A DNA stretch of 59,958 nt from a virus (Duplodnaviria; Caudoviricetes), in the IMG/VR virus record IMGVR_UViG_3300005584_000003, positions 1-59,958 of that record. One strand, 5' to 3'. Both the position numbers and the translations under genes were made by a program. This document shows positions 15,334-27,152 of the stretch, piece by piece (position 1 is the first letter of the stretch; every line of letters begins with the position of its first letter). Below the pieces are notes generated by a model. It did not search any database. It was not told the origin of the DNA and worked only from the letters and a program-made list of their open reading frames with translations.

Positions 15334-17805
15334 ATGGCATCCTACGCTCCCCAAGACTCCACAATCCCGCCGACAAAAAGTCCGCAGACCTCGGGGACCG
15401 TCACTATTGAGGCCCCGCCGCTTACGGGCGGCAATAACCCTAAGCTAGACTTAGAGGCACGTTCAATTAGGACTACCGATCAAGCGTGGAACCTATGTAA
15501 ATCGACAGAATCCGCCAATAAGACGCGTTCTCAACGGGCAACCGTAATGGAGTTGGAATACACGGGTCAGGCGCCATATTCACAGGCAGATCAAGTTGAA
15601 AAAGCCAATAGTTGGCAGTCTAACACTAATACTGGCATTTTATCGGGAATTGTTGATAGAAAGACACTTAGGTTTATTAATGCAATTACAACTCAAGTGT
15701 ATTTAAGCCGGTCATCTCTTCCAACTACATGGCCAGATTGGAAGAAAAAAAGCGATCAATTTTGTATTCATACTACCCGAATGATTCAAGGGTGGAAGAA
15801 GTACTCTACCTTTGTTCCTGCTTTGGCGCGTGAAAACGTGTTACATGGTTATGCGTATGGCATTTTTATGGATCCATATACGTGGACACCCCGCATGTTT
15901 AAACAGGATGTTGCGTATGTACCCGATGAAGCCTCTCAGTACGCAAACGAACTTCAGTTTTTTGTCATTAAACAAGACTTTCTTCTCCATGAATTCATCG
16001 ATATGTTTAAAGATGAAACTGCGGCAGAAGACATGGGGTATAACCTAAAGAATTGTATTGAGGCTGCCAATAAATCGGAGGTTAAGAACCCCCGTGAGGA
16101 CATGTTAACTACGGAATTCCGCAAATTTGCTGAATTTATTAGCGATGGTGTACTTGGTTTGACGTATTCTGTTAGCGGCCCACGCGTAGTTAAGACGTAT
16201 TTGTTGTGGAACCGGGAATATGACGGCAAGGTATCGTTTTGGATCCTACTTCGCGACAATGGTAAACTATTACGCTTTGCAGAGAAGATCTACAATAGTT
16301 TTGATGACGTTGTAACGCTATTTAGCTTCCAACCCGGCAATGGTCATTTGCATTCCTCTAAGGGCATTGGTCGCATGATCATTGGTAATGTTAAAATTGC
16401 CGAAAAGATCCGTAACAAGATGGTGGACAACATTAATATGTCCTCGCTTGTTATTTTAAAGGCCGACACTGCTAATAGAAACAAGCTACAACCTGTTGTA
16501 CATGCGCCATTTGTAGTTATTGATAAATCTATTGAGGTTGATCAACAGCGGTTTAGTGCAGACGGTGACATGTACGCCAATTTGGATCAACGGTTGGTAA
16601 ATTACATGGAGCAAACTGCTGGCGCGTATATTAGCGCCAATCCTAATGGCTTGGGTCAGCCGGTTACGGCTACGGAGGCCTCGCAGGACGCAAAACGCGA
16701 ACAAGAGAACTCCGATATTACCGAAACGCGTTGGCGCGATCAAATATCGCAGCTTGTTCAATCAATGCAAATGCGTGCATTCTCTGATGATAACGTCAGT
16801 GAGGCTAAACGTGTATTTACCGCTCTTACTAAAGAATTTGTAGGTCAAATTGATCAAACGGGCGCAGAAAACCCAGAAGATAAGCCAACGGTTAATAAAA
16901 CGCTCACCAAGTTGTTAGGTAACAACGACGAAGACAATCAGCCTATCCGGGTTCTTGTTAATATGTTTATTGACGGGTTAACGGAGCAAGAAATCAAACT
17001 CCTGCGTGATGCCCCCACTTCCGGTTATGCTCATACAGATGATGCCATTGTGGCGCAGGGCATTCTGGCGGTCGGTAAGATGTACGCCGGAAACCCCAAT
17101 CTGGACCAATCTGAGCTTACCCGTCGTGGTGTTGAGGCCTTGGCTGGCCCTGATGCCGCAAAGGCCCTTATTATCCCTAACGTTGACCAGACGATTACTG
17201 CTGAAGCTGGTCGTATGCAGCAGCAAGAGATTGTTACTATGATGAGTTTAATGCAGCCAGTTGCTGTATCTCCTCGCGATAATCATCTTATTCATGCTCA
17301 AGTTACTCAGGGCATGCTAGTTATTAATGGTCAGAAACTTAGCGACCTTAAAGAAGGCGAACGTTTTCTTAAGCCCACCGAGTTGTTGATCAATCATATG
17401 GCGGAACATTTGGCTCAATATTTGGCCCAAGGTAATCCTAGCCAAAACCCTGATTTCAAGAAACTTAACGATTTCTATAAACAATTTAAGGTGGATTTTG
17501 CCAAAGCAGTACAAATCCACGAAAAGAACAAGGCCATGAATCAAATGGCACAACAGGGTTATTCACCAGAAGCTATTGAGGCAATGTCTAACATGCAGGA
17601 AGATCTTCCCGGCGATATTGGTGGTGGCATTGGCGCCCCACCTAATTCTCCTGATCAAGGCATGAAACAAGGTGGACCTGACGTTGAAGCGGTACAAACT
17701 GCACTTGCTCGCGAAGCAGGGGAACTATCTCCCGATAAAATAGAAGAACGTCAAAAGCGTACATATACCCGTCAAATCACCCCGACTGAGCCAGCCGCAC
17801 AATGA
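15334..17805 (+). CDS. portal protein
   Basis: 823 aa after TerL; TATE motif and Gln-rich C-terminal region (PRDNH..H) typical of P22-like portals. Confidence 0.75.
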   Translation: MASYAPQDSTIPPTKSPQTSGTVTIEAPPLTGGNNPKLDLEARSIRTTDQAWNLCKSTESANKTRSQRATVMELEYTGQAPYSQADQVEKANSWQSNTNTGILSGIVDRKTLRFINAITTQVYLSRSSLPTTWPDWKKKSDQFCIHTTRMIQGWKKYSTFVPALARENVLHGYAYGIFMDPYTWTPRMFKQDVAYVPDEASQYANELQFFVIKQDFLLHEFIDMFKDETAAEDMGYNLKNCIEAANKSEVKNPREDMLTTEFRKFAEFISDGVLGLTYSVSGPRVVKTYLLWNREYDGKVSFWILLRDNGKLLRFAEKIYNSFDDVVTLFSFQPGNGHLHSSKGIGRMIIGNVKIAEKIRNKMVDNINMSSLVILKADTANRNKLQPVVHAPFVVIDKSIEVDQQRFSADGDMYANLDQRLVNYMEQTAGAYISANPNGLGQPVTATEASQDAKREQENSDITETRWRDQISQLVQSMQMRAFSDDNVSEAKRVFTALTKEFVGQIDQTGAENPEDKPTVNKTLTKLLGNNDEDNQPIRVLVNMFIDGLTEQEIKLLRDAPTSGYAHTDDAIVAQGILAVGKMYAGNPNLDQSELTRRGVEALAGPDAAKALIIPNVDQTITAEAGRMQQQEIVTMMSLMQPVAVSPRDNHLIHAQVTQGMLVINGQKLSDLKEGERFLKPTELLINHMAEHLAQYLAQGNPSQNPDFKKLNDFYKQFKVDFAKAVQIHEKNKAMNQMAQQGYSPEAIEAMSNMQEDLPGDIGGGIGAPPNSPDQGMKQGGPDVEAVQTALAREAGELSPDKIEERQKRTYTRQITPTEPAAQ

Positions 17806-18071
17806 GTAACCCGTATTTCTTAGATGATAGCCTAAAGGTCGAAGTTGCAAAGATGCAGCAGACAACAGCATTCAAAGAGATGCTATCAGTCGCCAAGTAT
17901 CGCACCCCTGATTACGCTGAAAGTTCAGATAGCATTAATCAAATAGCTGCACAGGCTAAATTAAGGCAGGGGTATGAAATGGCATTGGCAACACTAAGTG
18001 CTATGATTTTTGAAGCTCCACCTAGAGAAAATGATAATGCTGACGCTATTTTGTTAGATCCTAGGGACTAA
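17802..18071 (+). CDS. small head-associated protein
   Basis: 89 aa between portal and scaffold. Confidence 0.6.
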   Translation: MSNPYFLDDSLKVEVAKMQQTTAFKEMLSVAKYRTPDYAESSDSINQIAAQAKLRQGYEMALATLSAMIFEAPPRENDNADAILLDPRD

Positions 18072-18120
18072 AATACGCTTGACGTAATGCGTTGATCATT
18101 AGATGGTGGGGATATTCTTT

Positions 18121-19527
18121 ATGGATACTAATCCCGACCAAGACATTGTTGAACAGGAACCTACGGAGCAAAATGCTTCTATTGTTGATGAAGGCAGTCA
18201 GGCATCTCCCGAAGAGCTTGGCGTGGGAAAACGGCAATCCAATGAACCGTTTAGTCCAATTAATTTTGAACAAATCATTGACAAGGCGATGGACGAAAAG
18301 AAAGCGGCTGATGAAAATCCTCCAGAAAAAGCAGTTGATGAAAACAAAGAGCCCTCTGAGAAGAAGGAAGAGATTGCTGACCTTGCTAAAATTGCAAAAG
18401 GTGAATCTTCCGAGGAAACCCCCAAAGAAGAAAAAACAGAAGAGCCCAAGGCCGAAGATAAGAAAGAAGAAATAGTAGAGAAGTCTAAGATCGACGAGAT
18501 TGAGGCTAAATTAGGTCAGAATGCTTCTCCTAAAACTAAAAAACTTTTTAACGAAGTAAAAGAGCAAGTTGCTCGCGAGAAAACCGAACGTGAAAAGGTC
18601 GCCAAGGAATTGGCAGATGTCCGTACTCAATTTGAAGAACTAAAAAAGAATTCTTTACCAAAAGAAGTTTCTGAAGAGATGGCAGAGCTGCGTGATCGCT
18701 TGCGCAAATTTGATGCTAACGCCGATCCAGAGATTATCAATAAGTACGACAAGAAGATGTCGGCTAACAGCGATAATATTATTGAGACGTTAACGAAGAA
18801 TGGTCTGCCCAAAGAACACGCCGATAGGTTAAAAGCCAATGGCGTAACAATGGCAACATTGAAGCCCTATCTTGAGACTTTAGAAACGGGTAAGGGCGCC
18901 GACGGTAATCAATATGATGCCGACCCGGACACGGCTGAATTGGTTCGTGAATCCCTGAGAGAGAATCTTCGTCTTGCTAAAGATAAAGATCGCGAGATAA
19001 CGGATTGGCGGGCTGGTTATGAAACTCGCACAAAGCAAACTGAAGAGAAACAAAAGGCTGATCTTGAACAGGCCTCACAGCGGTTAAGCAAAGAATTTGA
19101 AGGTCATCTTGGTAAATGGGATTTTTTGAAGAAACCAACCGATATTTCGGATAGCGACATTCCTGCCGTGCGTAAACAAAAAGAACAGGCCATCCGGGAA
19201 TACAACGAAAGTGGTCTTAAATTTGCCGATACTATCAAGAAGGAAACGGGATCACCGCTTGATACGCAGATTACTGCCCGGGTAGGCATCCTTTATCGCG
19301 ATCATATTGCGCCAAAGCTTGCTAATCAATTGCAAGCCTCTCAGAAAGAGATTGAAACGCTTCGTTCACAACTTGCTAACATGAGAAAAGCTGGATCCGC
19401 ATCAAAGACTATTGGTACAAGCAATGTTGCTCGCACCAAGGTTTCTGAACCCCAATCGGGTGCAGGATTTGATGATATCCTTGATAGCATGACTGCTGAC
19501 GCAATGGCTTCAAAATCATCTGAATAA
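18121..19527 (+). CDS. putative scaffolding protein
   Basis: acidic disordered N-terminus, long coiled coil, position after portal. Confidence 0.6.
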   Translation: MDTNPDQDIVEQEPTEQNASIVDEGSQASPEELGVGKRQSNEPFSPINFEQIIDKAMDEKKAADENPPEKAVDENKEPSEKKEEIADLAKIAKGESSEETPKEEKTEEPKAEDKKEEIVEKSKIDEIEAKLGQNASPKTKKLFNEVKEQVAREKTEREKVAKELADVRTQFEELKKNSLPKEVSEEMAELRDRLRKFDANADPEIINKYDKKMSANSDNIIETLTKNGLPKEHADRLKANGVTMATLKPYLETLETGKGADGNQYDADPDTAELVRESLRENLRLAKDKDREITDWRAGYETRTKQTEEKQKADLEQASQRLSKEFEGHLGKWDFLKKPTDISDSDIPAVRKQKEQAIREYNESGLKFADTIKKETGSPLDTQITARVGILYRDHIAPKLANQLQASQKEIETLRSQLANMRKAGSASKTIGTSNVARTKVSEPQSGAGFDDILDSMTADAMASKSSE

Positions 19528-20495
19528 TGTCTATTGATATCAAGAAGTTCGTTATCGATTATGTTGCTCGTAACGGTATAGATCATACATCCAAATTAAC
19601 CGGTAAAGGCGTTTCTGCCGTATCGTCTTGGGGAATTACTAAAAATCCCTCGTTAGACGATATTCAGTTAATGCTTAACAAAGATGATGTAAAAGCTGTC
19701 GAAAAGCAGGAGGCTTTAGCACCGGCAATTTCTCCCTATACCTTCCTTGAGGGTAAACGAGTGATGATATTAATGCCATCGGTTAGACCGATTCATATTG
19801 GGGTATTAAAATCATTTGCCGCCCTTTACGAAAAGGACAAGATGCAGTTTTACACCAATCCGCCAGATAACTCTTACGTGCGGGCTAGGAATAATTGTGC
19901 GGCTAAGTTCTTGGAAAGTGGATGTGAATATGCGTTTTGGTTAGACGACGATACCATTGTTCCCCATGGAGATGTTGAATATTTTCGCCGTATATCAAAT
20001 AACCCGCAATTTCCTGTTAATTACATCATGATCAACCCAATAGCTCGTTTAATGCAAACGGGCAAAACATTGATTGGTGGATGTTACTTTGGCCGCAATC
20101 CACGTGGTGTTGCACAGTTCCAAGAGGCTTATCAGTCAGTAAACACTAATTTTACGGCGCATACGGGTCCGCGTGATGTTGTTACGCAGGCTGGATGGAT
20201 TGGATTTGGCTGTACTCTTGTACACCGTAAAGTGTTTGAAGACATTATCAAAACTCAGCCAGAAATTGCCGTAAAGAATGCCGCGTTTGCTAAATCATTT
20301 AATTATAACTGGGGGTTCTTTAATTTTATTGACGAGGAGCATTCTGAAGATGCTTCTTTCTGTCATAGAGCAATGATTGCAGGCCATAGCACGTTTGTTG
20401 ATTTTGCCGTAATGCCAGTACATATGGGCGAAATGGGATATTCGTATCTCAACACCGCCTCAGCCATGAAACCGTTATTTCAACCAAAATATTAA
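19527..20495 (+). CDS. glycosyltransferase (GT-A fold) with an N-terminal HTH-like segment
   Basis: RARN, FWLDDD, GFGCTLVHR.VF, SED..FC, H.G. Confidence 0.85.
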   Translation: MSIDIKKFVIDYVARNGIDHTSKLTGKGVSAVSSWGITKNPSLDDIQLMLNKDDVKAVEKQEALAPAISPYTFLEGKRVMILMPSVRPIHIGVLKSFAALYEKDKMQFYTNPPDNSYVRARNNCAAKFLESGCEYAFWLDDDTIVPHGDVEYFRRISNNPQFPVNYIMINPIARLMQTGKTLIGGCYFGRNPRGVAQFQEAYQSVNTNFTAHTGPRDVVTQAGWIGFGCTLVHRKVFEDIIKTQPEIAVKNAAFAKSFNYNWGFFNFIDEEHSEDASFCHRAMIAGHSTFVDFAVMPVHMGEMGYSYLNTASAMKPLFQPKY

Positions 20496-20496
20496 T

Positions 20497-21909
20497 ATGA
20501 TCCACGGAGAAGAAAGAAAGAAACGTAAATTTCTAGTAGTTTTAAATTACTACGTTAATGACCGAGATATGGCTAAGGCCGTTGCCGAGCTTATTTCCGA
20601 CCTAGAAACAAAGAAGAATGATGACGTTGATTTTCTGTTTTTCCGCCGCTGGGACTCAGAAAAGATGCCGGTTGTTCTAATTAACCGTCTACAAGAAAAG
20701 TTTGATAAGGTCCATGAGCTTAAATGTCGTCGAATGAATGCCGTTGGATACCCATATGGCCCCAACGAGATGTTCTATGATTTGCTGGAGCGTATGAGTA
20801 ATAACGACTGGCGCGGCGATTATTATGCGTTTCTTAACATGGAGGCCGATTGCTGTCCATTAAACCCTGATTGGTTGGAAAAACTCATTGGTGAATATGA
20901 TTCCGCCTACCAAGAAGGGAAAAGCGCCGTTGGGCATATTGTTAACGATCCTCGCTTAACTCATTTAAATGGAGCCGCGATTTATTCTACGGACTTTTGG
21001 TTTAAAGCTGGATCAATGAATATTATCGGTGGACCAGCTAACGTTGCATACGACATACATCATGCGCAACGCGTGGTTCCTATCTCTAAGGATAGCCCAT
21101 ACATGCTATTGGATTTCAATCGCAAAACCATTACGGAAGACGATTTATTTTCTCTTACAAAAGGAAATAACAACGTTCGCTATTTTCACGGCGTGAAAGA
21201 TATGTCGGCAATTTATCACGTGCGTAATCGTTTCATTACCCCAACCAATTTGGTTTCCGGTACTGCGTTAAAGCTTAAAACGATTTGTACGTATCAAGAT
21301 CAAATTGCTGATAGCGGCCAGCGTGAGCAAAACGCCATTCTTGAATTGTGGAAAGAGACGTGGAAACGCTACGGATATAACCCCGTGGTATTTACAGAAT
21401 GGGATGCTAGCAAAAACCCACTATACACGGAGATCAGGAATAAACTAAAAGCGATTAGCGGAGCATCAAATCGCAAGCTTTCCAACGCACTTATTTATCG
21501 GTGGCTTGCGCTTGAGCATGCTGGTGGTGGATTTTTTACTGAGTATGATGTATTCCCGGGCAATAATTTTACAAGTGATAGTCTACCTAGAAATGAAGCC
21601 GTAAACTTACTGAATGGTGGACAATACAACTCAATGATTGCCGACCGCCGTGGACTTAAATTCCTGACAGGTTGGATCAAAGACGCTAAGATGGATAATC
21701 TTAACGAGATTCCAACTGACAAAGAAATTATGAAGGATGCGGAAGAAGAATTCTGGATCCACAAACACGCTGTTACGGCGTCATGGAATACCCCAAAGTG
21801 GCCCGAAGCAAAATTAGTTCACTTCTCGCATGAGGCCTGTCGTACCGTATCCGGTAATCCTAATAAATACGCGATTATCGAACAGTACGTTAAGACGCTT
21901 AATCCTTAA
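20497..21909 (+). CDS. two-domain glycosyltransferase-like protein
   Basis: N-domain MEADC/HLNG.AIY/HGVK; C-domain W...W...G, RWLA..GGG.F.EYDV, LVHF. Confidence 0.65.
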   Translation: MIHGEERKKRKFLVVLNYYVNDRDMAKAVAELISDLETKKNDDVDFLFFRRWDSEKMPVVLINRLQEKFDKVHELKCRRMNAVGYPYGPNEMFYDLLERMSNNDWRGDYYAFLNMEADCCPLNPDWLEKLIGEYDSAYQEGKSAVGHIVNDPRLTHLNGAAIYSTDFWFKAGSMNIIGGPANVAYDIHHAQRVVPISKDSPYMLLDFNRKTITEDDLFSLTKGNNNVRYFHGVKDMSAIYHVRNRFITPTNLVSGTALKLKTICTYQDQIADSGQREQNAILELWKETWKRYGYNPVVFTEWDASKNPLYTEIRNKLKAISGASNRKLSNALIYRWLALEHAGGGFFTEYDVFPGNNFTSDSLPRNEAVNLLNGGQYNSMIADRRGLKFLTGWIKDAKMDNLNEIPTDKEIMKDAEEEFWIHKHAVTASWNTPKWPEAKLVHFSHEACRTVSGNPNKYAIIEQYVKTLNP

Positions 21910-22781
21910 GCGAGCATTTGCTCGATTTGCTGTTTGTATTCCGGGGTTACGCCTTTGCGTGACCAGAAATAGCGAATTGGGCAACATAGCTCATGTTTCT
22001 CTACGGATCCATCGTCCATGTGCCATAACCAATGCCATGGACCTTTTTCAACGGGGACGTAATTGTGATCGCGCTGAAATGGTTTAATGCCATGTTGCCG
22101 CCACTTCTCATCGTTCCAATAGGGCCCCGGAGTGGTAACAGCAGTTATGATGCGATAACGTTCTGGTTCATATTCTAAACAAAACCCACCAAGCGCCGGG
22201 AACTCACAAAAAGACATTGGGAATGATTCTTTTTGCAGGATTACATATTGATGGAATGACATTCTATTCTTTTGTTCCACCTTATCTCTGAACCGACGAT
22301 AAAGATTAAAATGATAAACGTTAGGGTGGCGCACCATTGTTTCCCATTCAGGATTAACACCAATAGCATTAATGACATTTGTCTTCCATGAATAACGCGC
22401 TGGGTAATGTCTAAAATCCTCAAAGTGTTCGCGCACCAATATTGGTTTACCTCCGTGCATAAATGTTTCTGGTGTAAATGATTCGCCAAAAACACAATCA
22501 GCGTCGATGTGAACAATAAGGTCGGTATCTGGTGGGCACCATAAATCGGCTTCACACTTAGCAATCATGTGATGAAGGAATCCTTTGCTGGGATGCACTA
22601 AGTACTTACAAAGCTTCCAACCATATTGATCAGTTAATGGTTTAAACTTTTCGTAATCTTCATATGGCACTAACATTGTCATCCCGGAAAATCCGCTACT
22701 AAAACGTTTAATGGATCGTAACGTGTAAGTACACCATTCATAATCGACGGCATACGTAACCAGAAAAATCTCTGTTTTCAT
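21906..22781 (-). CDS. glycosyltransferase-like protein (DUF6492-like)
   Basis: L.SI..F, K..AD, HIDADCVF (DxD motif), F.EF..LG. Confidence 0.7.
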   Translation of the reverse strand: MKTEIFLVTYAVDYEWCTYTLRSIKRFSSGFSGMTMLVPYEDYEKFKPLTDQYGWKLCKYLVHPSKGFLHHMIAKCEADLWCPPDTDLIVHIDADCVFGESFTPETFMHGGKPILVREHFEDFRHYPARYSWKTNVINAIGVNPEWETMVRHPNVYHFNLYRRFRDKVEQKNRMSFHQYVILQKESFPMSFCEFPALGGFCLEYEPERYRIITAVTTPGPYWNDEKWRQHGIKPFQRDHNYVPVEKGPWHWLWHMDDGSVEKHELCCPIRYFWSRKGVTPEYKQQIEQMLA

Positions 22782-22810
22782 AATGTAATGCCTACACGAC
22801 TCTTATAGGG

Positions 22811-22846
22811 TTGCGCCAGCCTTAATTAATACGTATTATATCGGCT
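22811..22846 (+). promoter_or_regulatory. leaderless promoter
   Basis: TTGCGC-N17-TATTAT-N7-ATG. Confidence 0.7.
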
Positions 22847-23704
22847 ATGGCTGACTCTTGCATCATCCCACCCACAGTTGCGTACCTTTTTAGGGGTGTT
22901 GTCGGACCAACAGGCATTGCTGGTCCAGCGGGCGCCACAGGCCCTGCTGGAGGCCCTAGCGGCCCTTCTGGGCCTTCTGGAGCCACTGGTCCACTCGGAC
23001 CTACCGGTCCCCTTGGTACAACAGGTGCAACAGGGGCCGTTGGTCCCACGGGTCCTTCAGGGGCACAGGGCATTCAAGGACCAAGTGGTAGTATCGGTGC
23101 TTCGGGAGCTACTGGTTCTATTGGGGCGACTGGAGGAGCTGGAGCCAGTGGTTCAGTTGGTCCACAAGGCCCCGCTGGACCTACTGGAGCTACTGGAGTT
23201 GGGTTTACTGGTTCAACGGGACCATCAGGCGGTCCATCCGGTCCTACCGGCCCACTAGGCCCAACAGGTCAAACCGGCCCCGCCCCACTAATGACAGGAG
23301 TAGCAGGACAAATTAACATAACGGCAAGTGGCGCTACTTATACGTTTGGATTCCCGACAAATGTTGGCGTAAGCGGTTCAATTACCTCACAAAGAATGAT
23401 TAGTAGCGTTGTATCAGCTGCTTATGGGCCAACAAGTGTTATTAATTTTGCGGCTGGTGACGCTCAACTATTATCCCTTTCTGGGAATACAATTATCGCC
23501 ACCTCCAACCTTACTCAAGGTCAATGCACGCTTATCAGGATTAATTGCGATGCAACCCCACGTGGACTGACGTTCCCGGCTGGTTGGGTATGGGTTCCAT
23601 CAACGGGTATGCCTACCGGAATTACGGCCAATAGCACTGCAATGCTGGCATTAATGTCATGGACTAACGTTGATTCAGGGGTTGTCGCGTCATGGGCGCA
23701 ATAA
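22847..23704 (+). CDS. collagen-like fibre protein
   Basis: about 40 Gly-X-Y triplets (GPT/GAT/GPS); C-terminal LTFP..W.W beta domain. Confidence 0.9.
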   Translation: MADSCIIPPTVAYLFRGVVGPTGIAGPAGATGPAGGPSGPSGPSGATGPLGPTGPLGTTGATGAVGPTGPSGAQGIQGPSGSIGASGATGSIGATGGAGASGSVGPQGPAGPTGATGVGFTGSTGPSGGPSGPTGPLGPTGQTGPAPLMTGVAGQINITASGATYTFGFPTNVGVSGSITSQRMISSVVSAAYGPTSVINFAAGDAQLLSLSGNTIIATSNLTQGQCTLIRINCDATPRGLTFPAGWVWVPSTGMPTGITANSTAMLALMSWTNVDSGVVASWAQ

Positions 23705-23705
23705 G

Positions 23706-24068
23706 ATGCGCGCAATGAATCCAGCTTTTTTTGGGAGCCTGCAAAACCCGCTTGCTGTATCACTTAGCGATACAGTGGCATACGGTTTTATTTTGATCGA
23801 GCATCCGCCATCACCATCAACGGCTTTTACTAATAATATCGTTGTTTCCGTCTATGGAGGTTATCCGCCCTATACTCTCAATTGGACACGCGTATCTGGT
23901 AGTAACGAACCCGTCGTATCACTTATTTCAGGATACGATGTCGTATGGGCGTTAGCTAAAGGAACAAATACCTTAATAAATTCTGTATGGCATTGCACAG
24001 TAACCGATTCTGTTGCTAATATGGTTGCATCCGACAACGTTAGCGTAGAGTTAGAATTTGAAGCATAA
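23706..24068 (+). CDS. Ig-like fibre-associated protein
   Basis: GG.PPYT..W......C.VTDS pattern. Confidence 0.65.
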   Translation: MRAMNPAFFGSLQNPLAVSLSDTVAYGFILIEHPPSPSTAFTNNIVVSVYGGYPPYTLNWTRVSGSNEPVVSLISGYDVVWALAKGTNTLINSVWHCTVTDSVANMVASDNVSVELEFEA

Positions 24069-24070
24069 TC

Positions 24071-27000
24071 ATGGCACAAAACACACTAAACTACATCCAG
24101 CAACCGATTACGGCTACTGCTGAAAGCACATTAGGGGCTACCGGTGCAACTGGTCCTATTGGGCAGACGGGTGCGCGTGGACCGGCTGGTGATAGCACGG
24201 CTGGCAGTGGTAATGGTTCGACGGGTGCAACTGGCGTGATGGGTCCTAGTGGCCCTACGGGTCCAAATGGCGCTACTGGTGCTGGTGTAACAGGTGCTAC
24301 GGGCATTATGGGTCCAACGGGCTCAAATGGGGCTACAGGCCCTGCTGGTGCTACTGGTACTCCGGGTCCTGCGGCAACACAGGGTGCCACCGGAGCAACG
24401 GGCATTCAAGGCCCCAGTGGTTCTACGGGAGTAGCGGGTCCATCGGGCCCAACAGGTCCTAGCGGTGCATTAGGTACAACTGGTCCCACTGGTGTTGCTG
24501 GTGCCACTGGTATTGCTGGAGCAACCGGCCCATCCGGTCTTCAGGGACCCACCGGCACACAAGGCCCAACCGGATCCTATGGTAATGCGGGTGTAACAGG
24601 AGCAACCGGTTCATCAGGCGCCACCGGAGCACAGGGTATTCAAGGACTTCAGGGAGGAACTGGATCTACTGGCGTGCAAGGTGTTCAAGGTATAACAGGG
24701 GCAACTGGTGTTCAAGGAGTACAGGGCGTTACCGGTATAACCGGAGCAACAGGCGCTGGTATTACTGGAGTAACAGGTCCGGTTGGTGTAACTGGCGCTA
24801 CCGGTCCACAAGGACCAACAGGTACGGGTTTAGCAGATGTTACAACAATTGATTACCTTCTTTCTGATGGTACAGATAATTACGCCTATACATCAAATCC
24901 TTCTTTATACTCAATTAATTCATACAGGCTTTCAGAAACTCTTTGTGGTGATGCCGCGCAAACCGGATATGGAATTGAAGAGGTATTATTAACAGAAGGT
25001 GGAGACGGATACACTAACAGTGCTCCAGTCGTTTCGTTTACTGGTGGTGGCGGCTCAGGCGCTGTTGCAGTAGCAACCGTTGCCGGTGGTTTTGTAACCG
25101 GAATAGGAATTAGAAACGGTGGCAGCGGTTACGGTTCTGCTCCGGGAGTTGTGTTTACTGGTGGTGGAGGCAGTGGTGCAACAGCAACAGCAACCATTTC
25201 GGGCGGTTCCGTAAACTCAATAACAATCACAAGTGGAGGAAGTGGTTATGATTCATATATCGGTACTTTTATTGGTGGAACCGGAACTGGAGCAAGTTGC
25301 AATATTTCTGTAGCGAATAATAAAGTTGTTTTGGTTCAAGTAACGGCTACCGGTTCAGGTTATCGCCATATTCCGGGACAAATTCAATACACTGGAAGCA
25401 TTTTTATATTAAACGTAGGAGATCGAGGAATAACTGACAATACGGCAATGAACGCATTGCTTCCAAATGGTGTTAACGTATTGGCATTATCATTATTTCC
25501 AGAAGGGACCACTTTAACAGGAAAAACTTGGAATGGCACTAAGTGGGTTCTTACATTTTCACAATCACCTATTGGTGGTGCTACTTATTATGAGTGCGTT
25601 TTTGGTATTCCAACTATTTCCCCAAATAGATCAATGGGAAGCGGTGGAGGGTGGGATTATCGAGTTGTTCAAGGTCCACGAAGAAAATATCGAATCCCAC
25701 CCGGTAATTATAGATTTGAAGCTGGAATCCCATTGCAGGGCATAACAAATGCCGTTTTAGACTGTACGGGAGTTGTTATTTATGCTTACAATAGTACGGC
25801 TAATCCCAGCCCGCCGCCATCTTCATTTGCCGGAAATGGACCTTGGACCGAAATTTCAGACACTAGCACTAAATTTGAATTAATTAATTTAACTTCATCC
25901 GGTAGATCTACATTAGGCACTTTAAATCCATATACAAGGGGAGACAGTATGCCCCTATCAATTAGGGGTTCATATAATATTATACGTGGTTGCACGCTGA
26001 CATCGGGAGGGGATTTCGGGCTACGCGTTGGCGGGAGTTCTATGCGTTCATATGGGTTAAGGGTATACGAATATAATTCAGATTGTTCGTGGGGTGATTT
26101 CTGTCATTTTGGAAACGTAGACGGATGTCTTTTTACTGATTTTAATGGTAATCAAGCGGGCGATGATGGTTTAGCTTTGTACAGTGACGTATATTCTGTT
26201 GTAGCCCAACCAACGCTTATTGGTTTTGTAACTTATGCTAATAGGAATAGTGCTGGCTCTGGATACAATAACGGTACTTTTTTATGTACCGCAGTTTCTG
26301 GTGGAGCACAAGCCAACATAACCGTTTCTGGTGGATCTATCACTAATAGTAATCCTGTCACTAATGGTGGAAGCGGATATACCAGTGGGCCAATGTTCGA
26401 TTTAAGTCCACTTGGTGGCGGGAGCGGCGGAGCAGTTCAGGGTCATTTAACATGGAATGGTATCTCTGGATCATGGGGGGTTCAAAATAGTAATTTGTAT
26501 AAAAAATACGGGTATCAGACCGAAATGAAATTTATTGATGGTTCTACTAGAAAAGAAATTTCTTTTGCTCTTTCAAATACTAATGGTGGCTCTCTTGGGT
26601 CTACAATTATAACGGGTAGTTTTGGGTGGACCGGTCAGCCATCATTAGAATATTCTACTGGCGGAAGAAATTTAGTAATTTCTAACGGAATATTTAAAAA
26701 GTGCGGCTGGCGGGGTATGTTAATTGGCCCATATAATTGGGAAAATATTGCAATTTCTAATGTTTCTTTTGATGGAGTCGGTGGACACGGCATTGCAATA
26801 GGAGACGGTGCCGATTCCGACTTTGGATCTCTGCCAGTTCAAAAAAACATATCAATAACCGGTATTGTTTTTAAAGGAATTGGAGTTCCTCAATACCGGA
26901 GTGATGAAGACAGAAATATTGCTCAAATTTTTAACCTTAATAGCGGTAATTTTGAATTATTTTGCATAAAAAATCCATCGGATTCTAGCACCATAGCGAT

Positions 27001-27112
27001 CTACAATTCCAGCAACCTTGTCTTTAATTGCATGATGGATACGGGCGTCGTTACCTATTCTAAATCTAATTCAACAAATGTTAACAAGGTGGCCCTAACC
27101 GCCATTACATAG
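24071..27112 (+). CDS. collagen-like tail fibre/spike with GGSGY repeats and a beta-helix (possible depolymerase)
   Basis: long GXT collagen, GGSGY..AP.V.F.GGGGSGA repeats, GDDGLA and NIAISNV.F beta-helix rungs. Confidence 0.85.
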   Translation: MAQNTLNYIQQPITATAESTLGATGATGPIGQTGARGPAGDSTAGSGNGSTGATGVMGPSGPTGPNGATGAGVTGATGIMGPTGSNGATGPAGATGTPGPAATQGATGATGIQGPSGSTGVAGPSGPTGPSGALGTTGPTGVAGATGIAGATGPSGLQGPTGTQGPTGSYGNAGVTGATGSSGATGAQGIQGLQGGTGSTGVQGVQGITGATGVQGVQGVTGITGATGAGITGVTGPVGVTGATGPQGPTGTGLADVTTIDYLLSDGTDNYAYTSNPSLYSINSYRLSETLCGDAAQTGYGIEEVLLTEGGDGYTNSAPVVSFTGGGGSGAVAVATVAGGFVTGIGIRNGGSGYGSAPGVVFTGGGGSGATATATISGGSVNSITITSGGSGYDSYIGTFIGGTGTGASCNISVANNKVVLVQVTATGSGYRHIPGQIQYTGSIFILNVGDRGITDNTAMNALLPNGVNVLALSLFPEGTTLTGKTWNGTKWVLTFSQSPIGGATYYECVFGIPTISPNRSMGSGGGWDYRVVQGPRRKYRIPPGNYRFEAGIPLQGITNAVLDCTGVVIYAYNSTANPSPPPSSFAGNGPWTEISDTSTKFELINLTSSGRSTLGTLNPYTRGDSMPLSIRGSYNIIRGCTLTSGGDFGLRVGGSSMRSYGLRVYEYNSDCSWGDFCHFGNVDGCLFTDFNGNQAGDDGLALYSDVYSVVAQPTLIGFVTYANRNSAGSGYNNGTFLCTAVSGGAQANITVSGGSITNSNPVTNGGSGYTSGPMFDLSPLGGGSGGAVQGHLTWNGISGSWGVQNSNLYKKYGYQTEMKFIDGSTRKEISFALSNTNGGSLGSTIITGSFGWTGQPSLEYSTGGRNLVISNGIFKKCGWRGMLIGPYNWENIAISNVSFDGVGGHGIAIGDGADSDFGSLPVQKNISITGIVFKGIGVPQYRSDEDRNIAQIFNLNSGNFELFCIKNPSDSSTIAIYNSSNLVFNCMMDTGVVTYSKSNSTNVNKVALTAIT

Positions 27113-27116
27113 TTAA

Positions 27117-27152
27117 TTGCCCTAAAACCCTTCTAACTGATACCATCCCCCC
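27117..27152 (+). promoter_or_regulatory. leaderless promoter
   Basis: TTGCCC-N18 (ending TGA)-TACCAT-N6-ATG. Confidence 0.6.
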
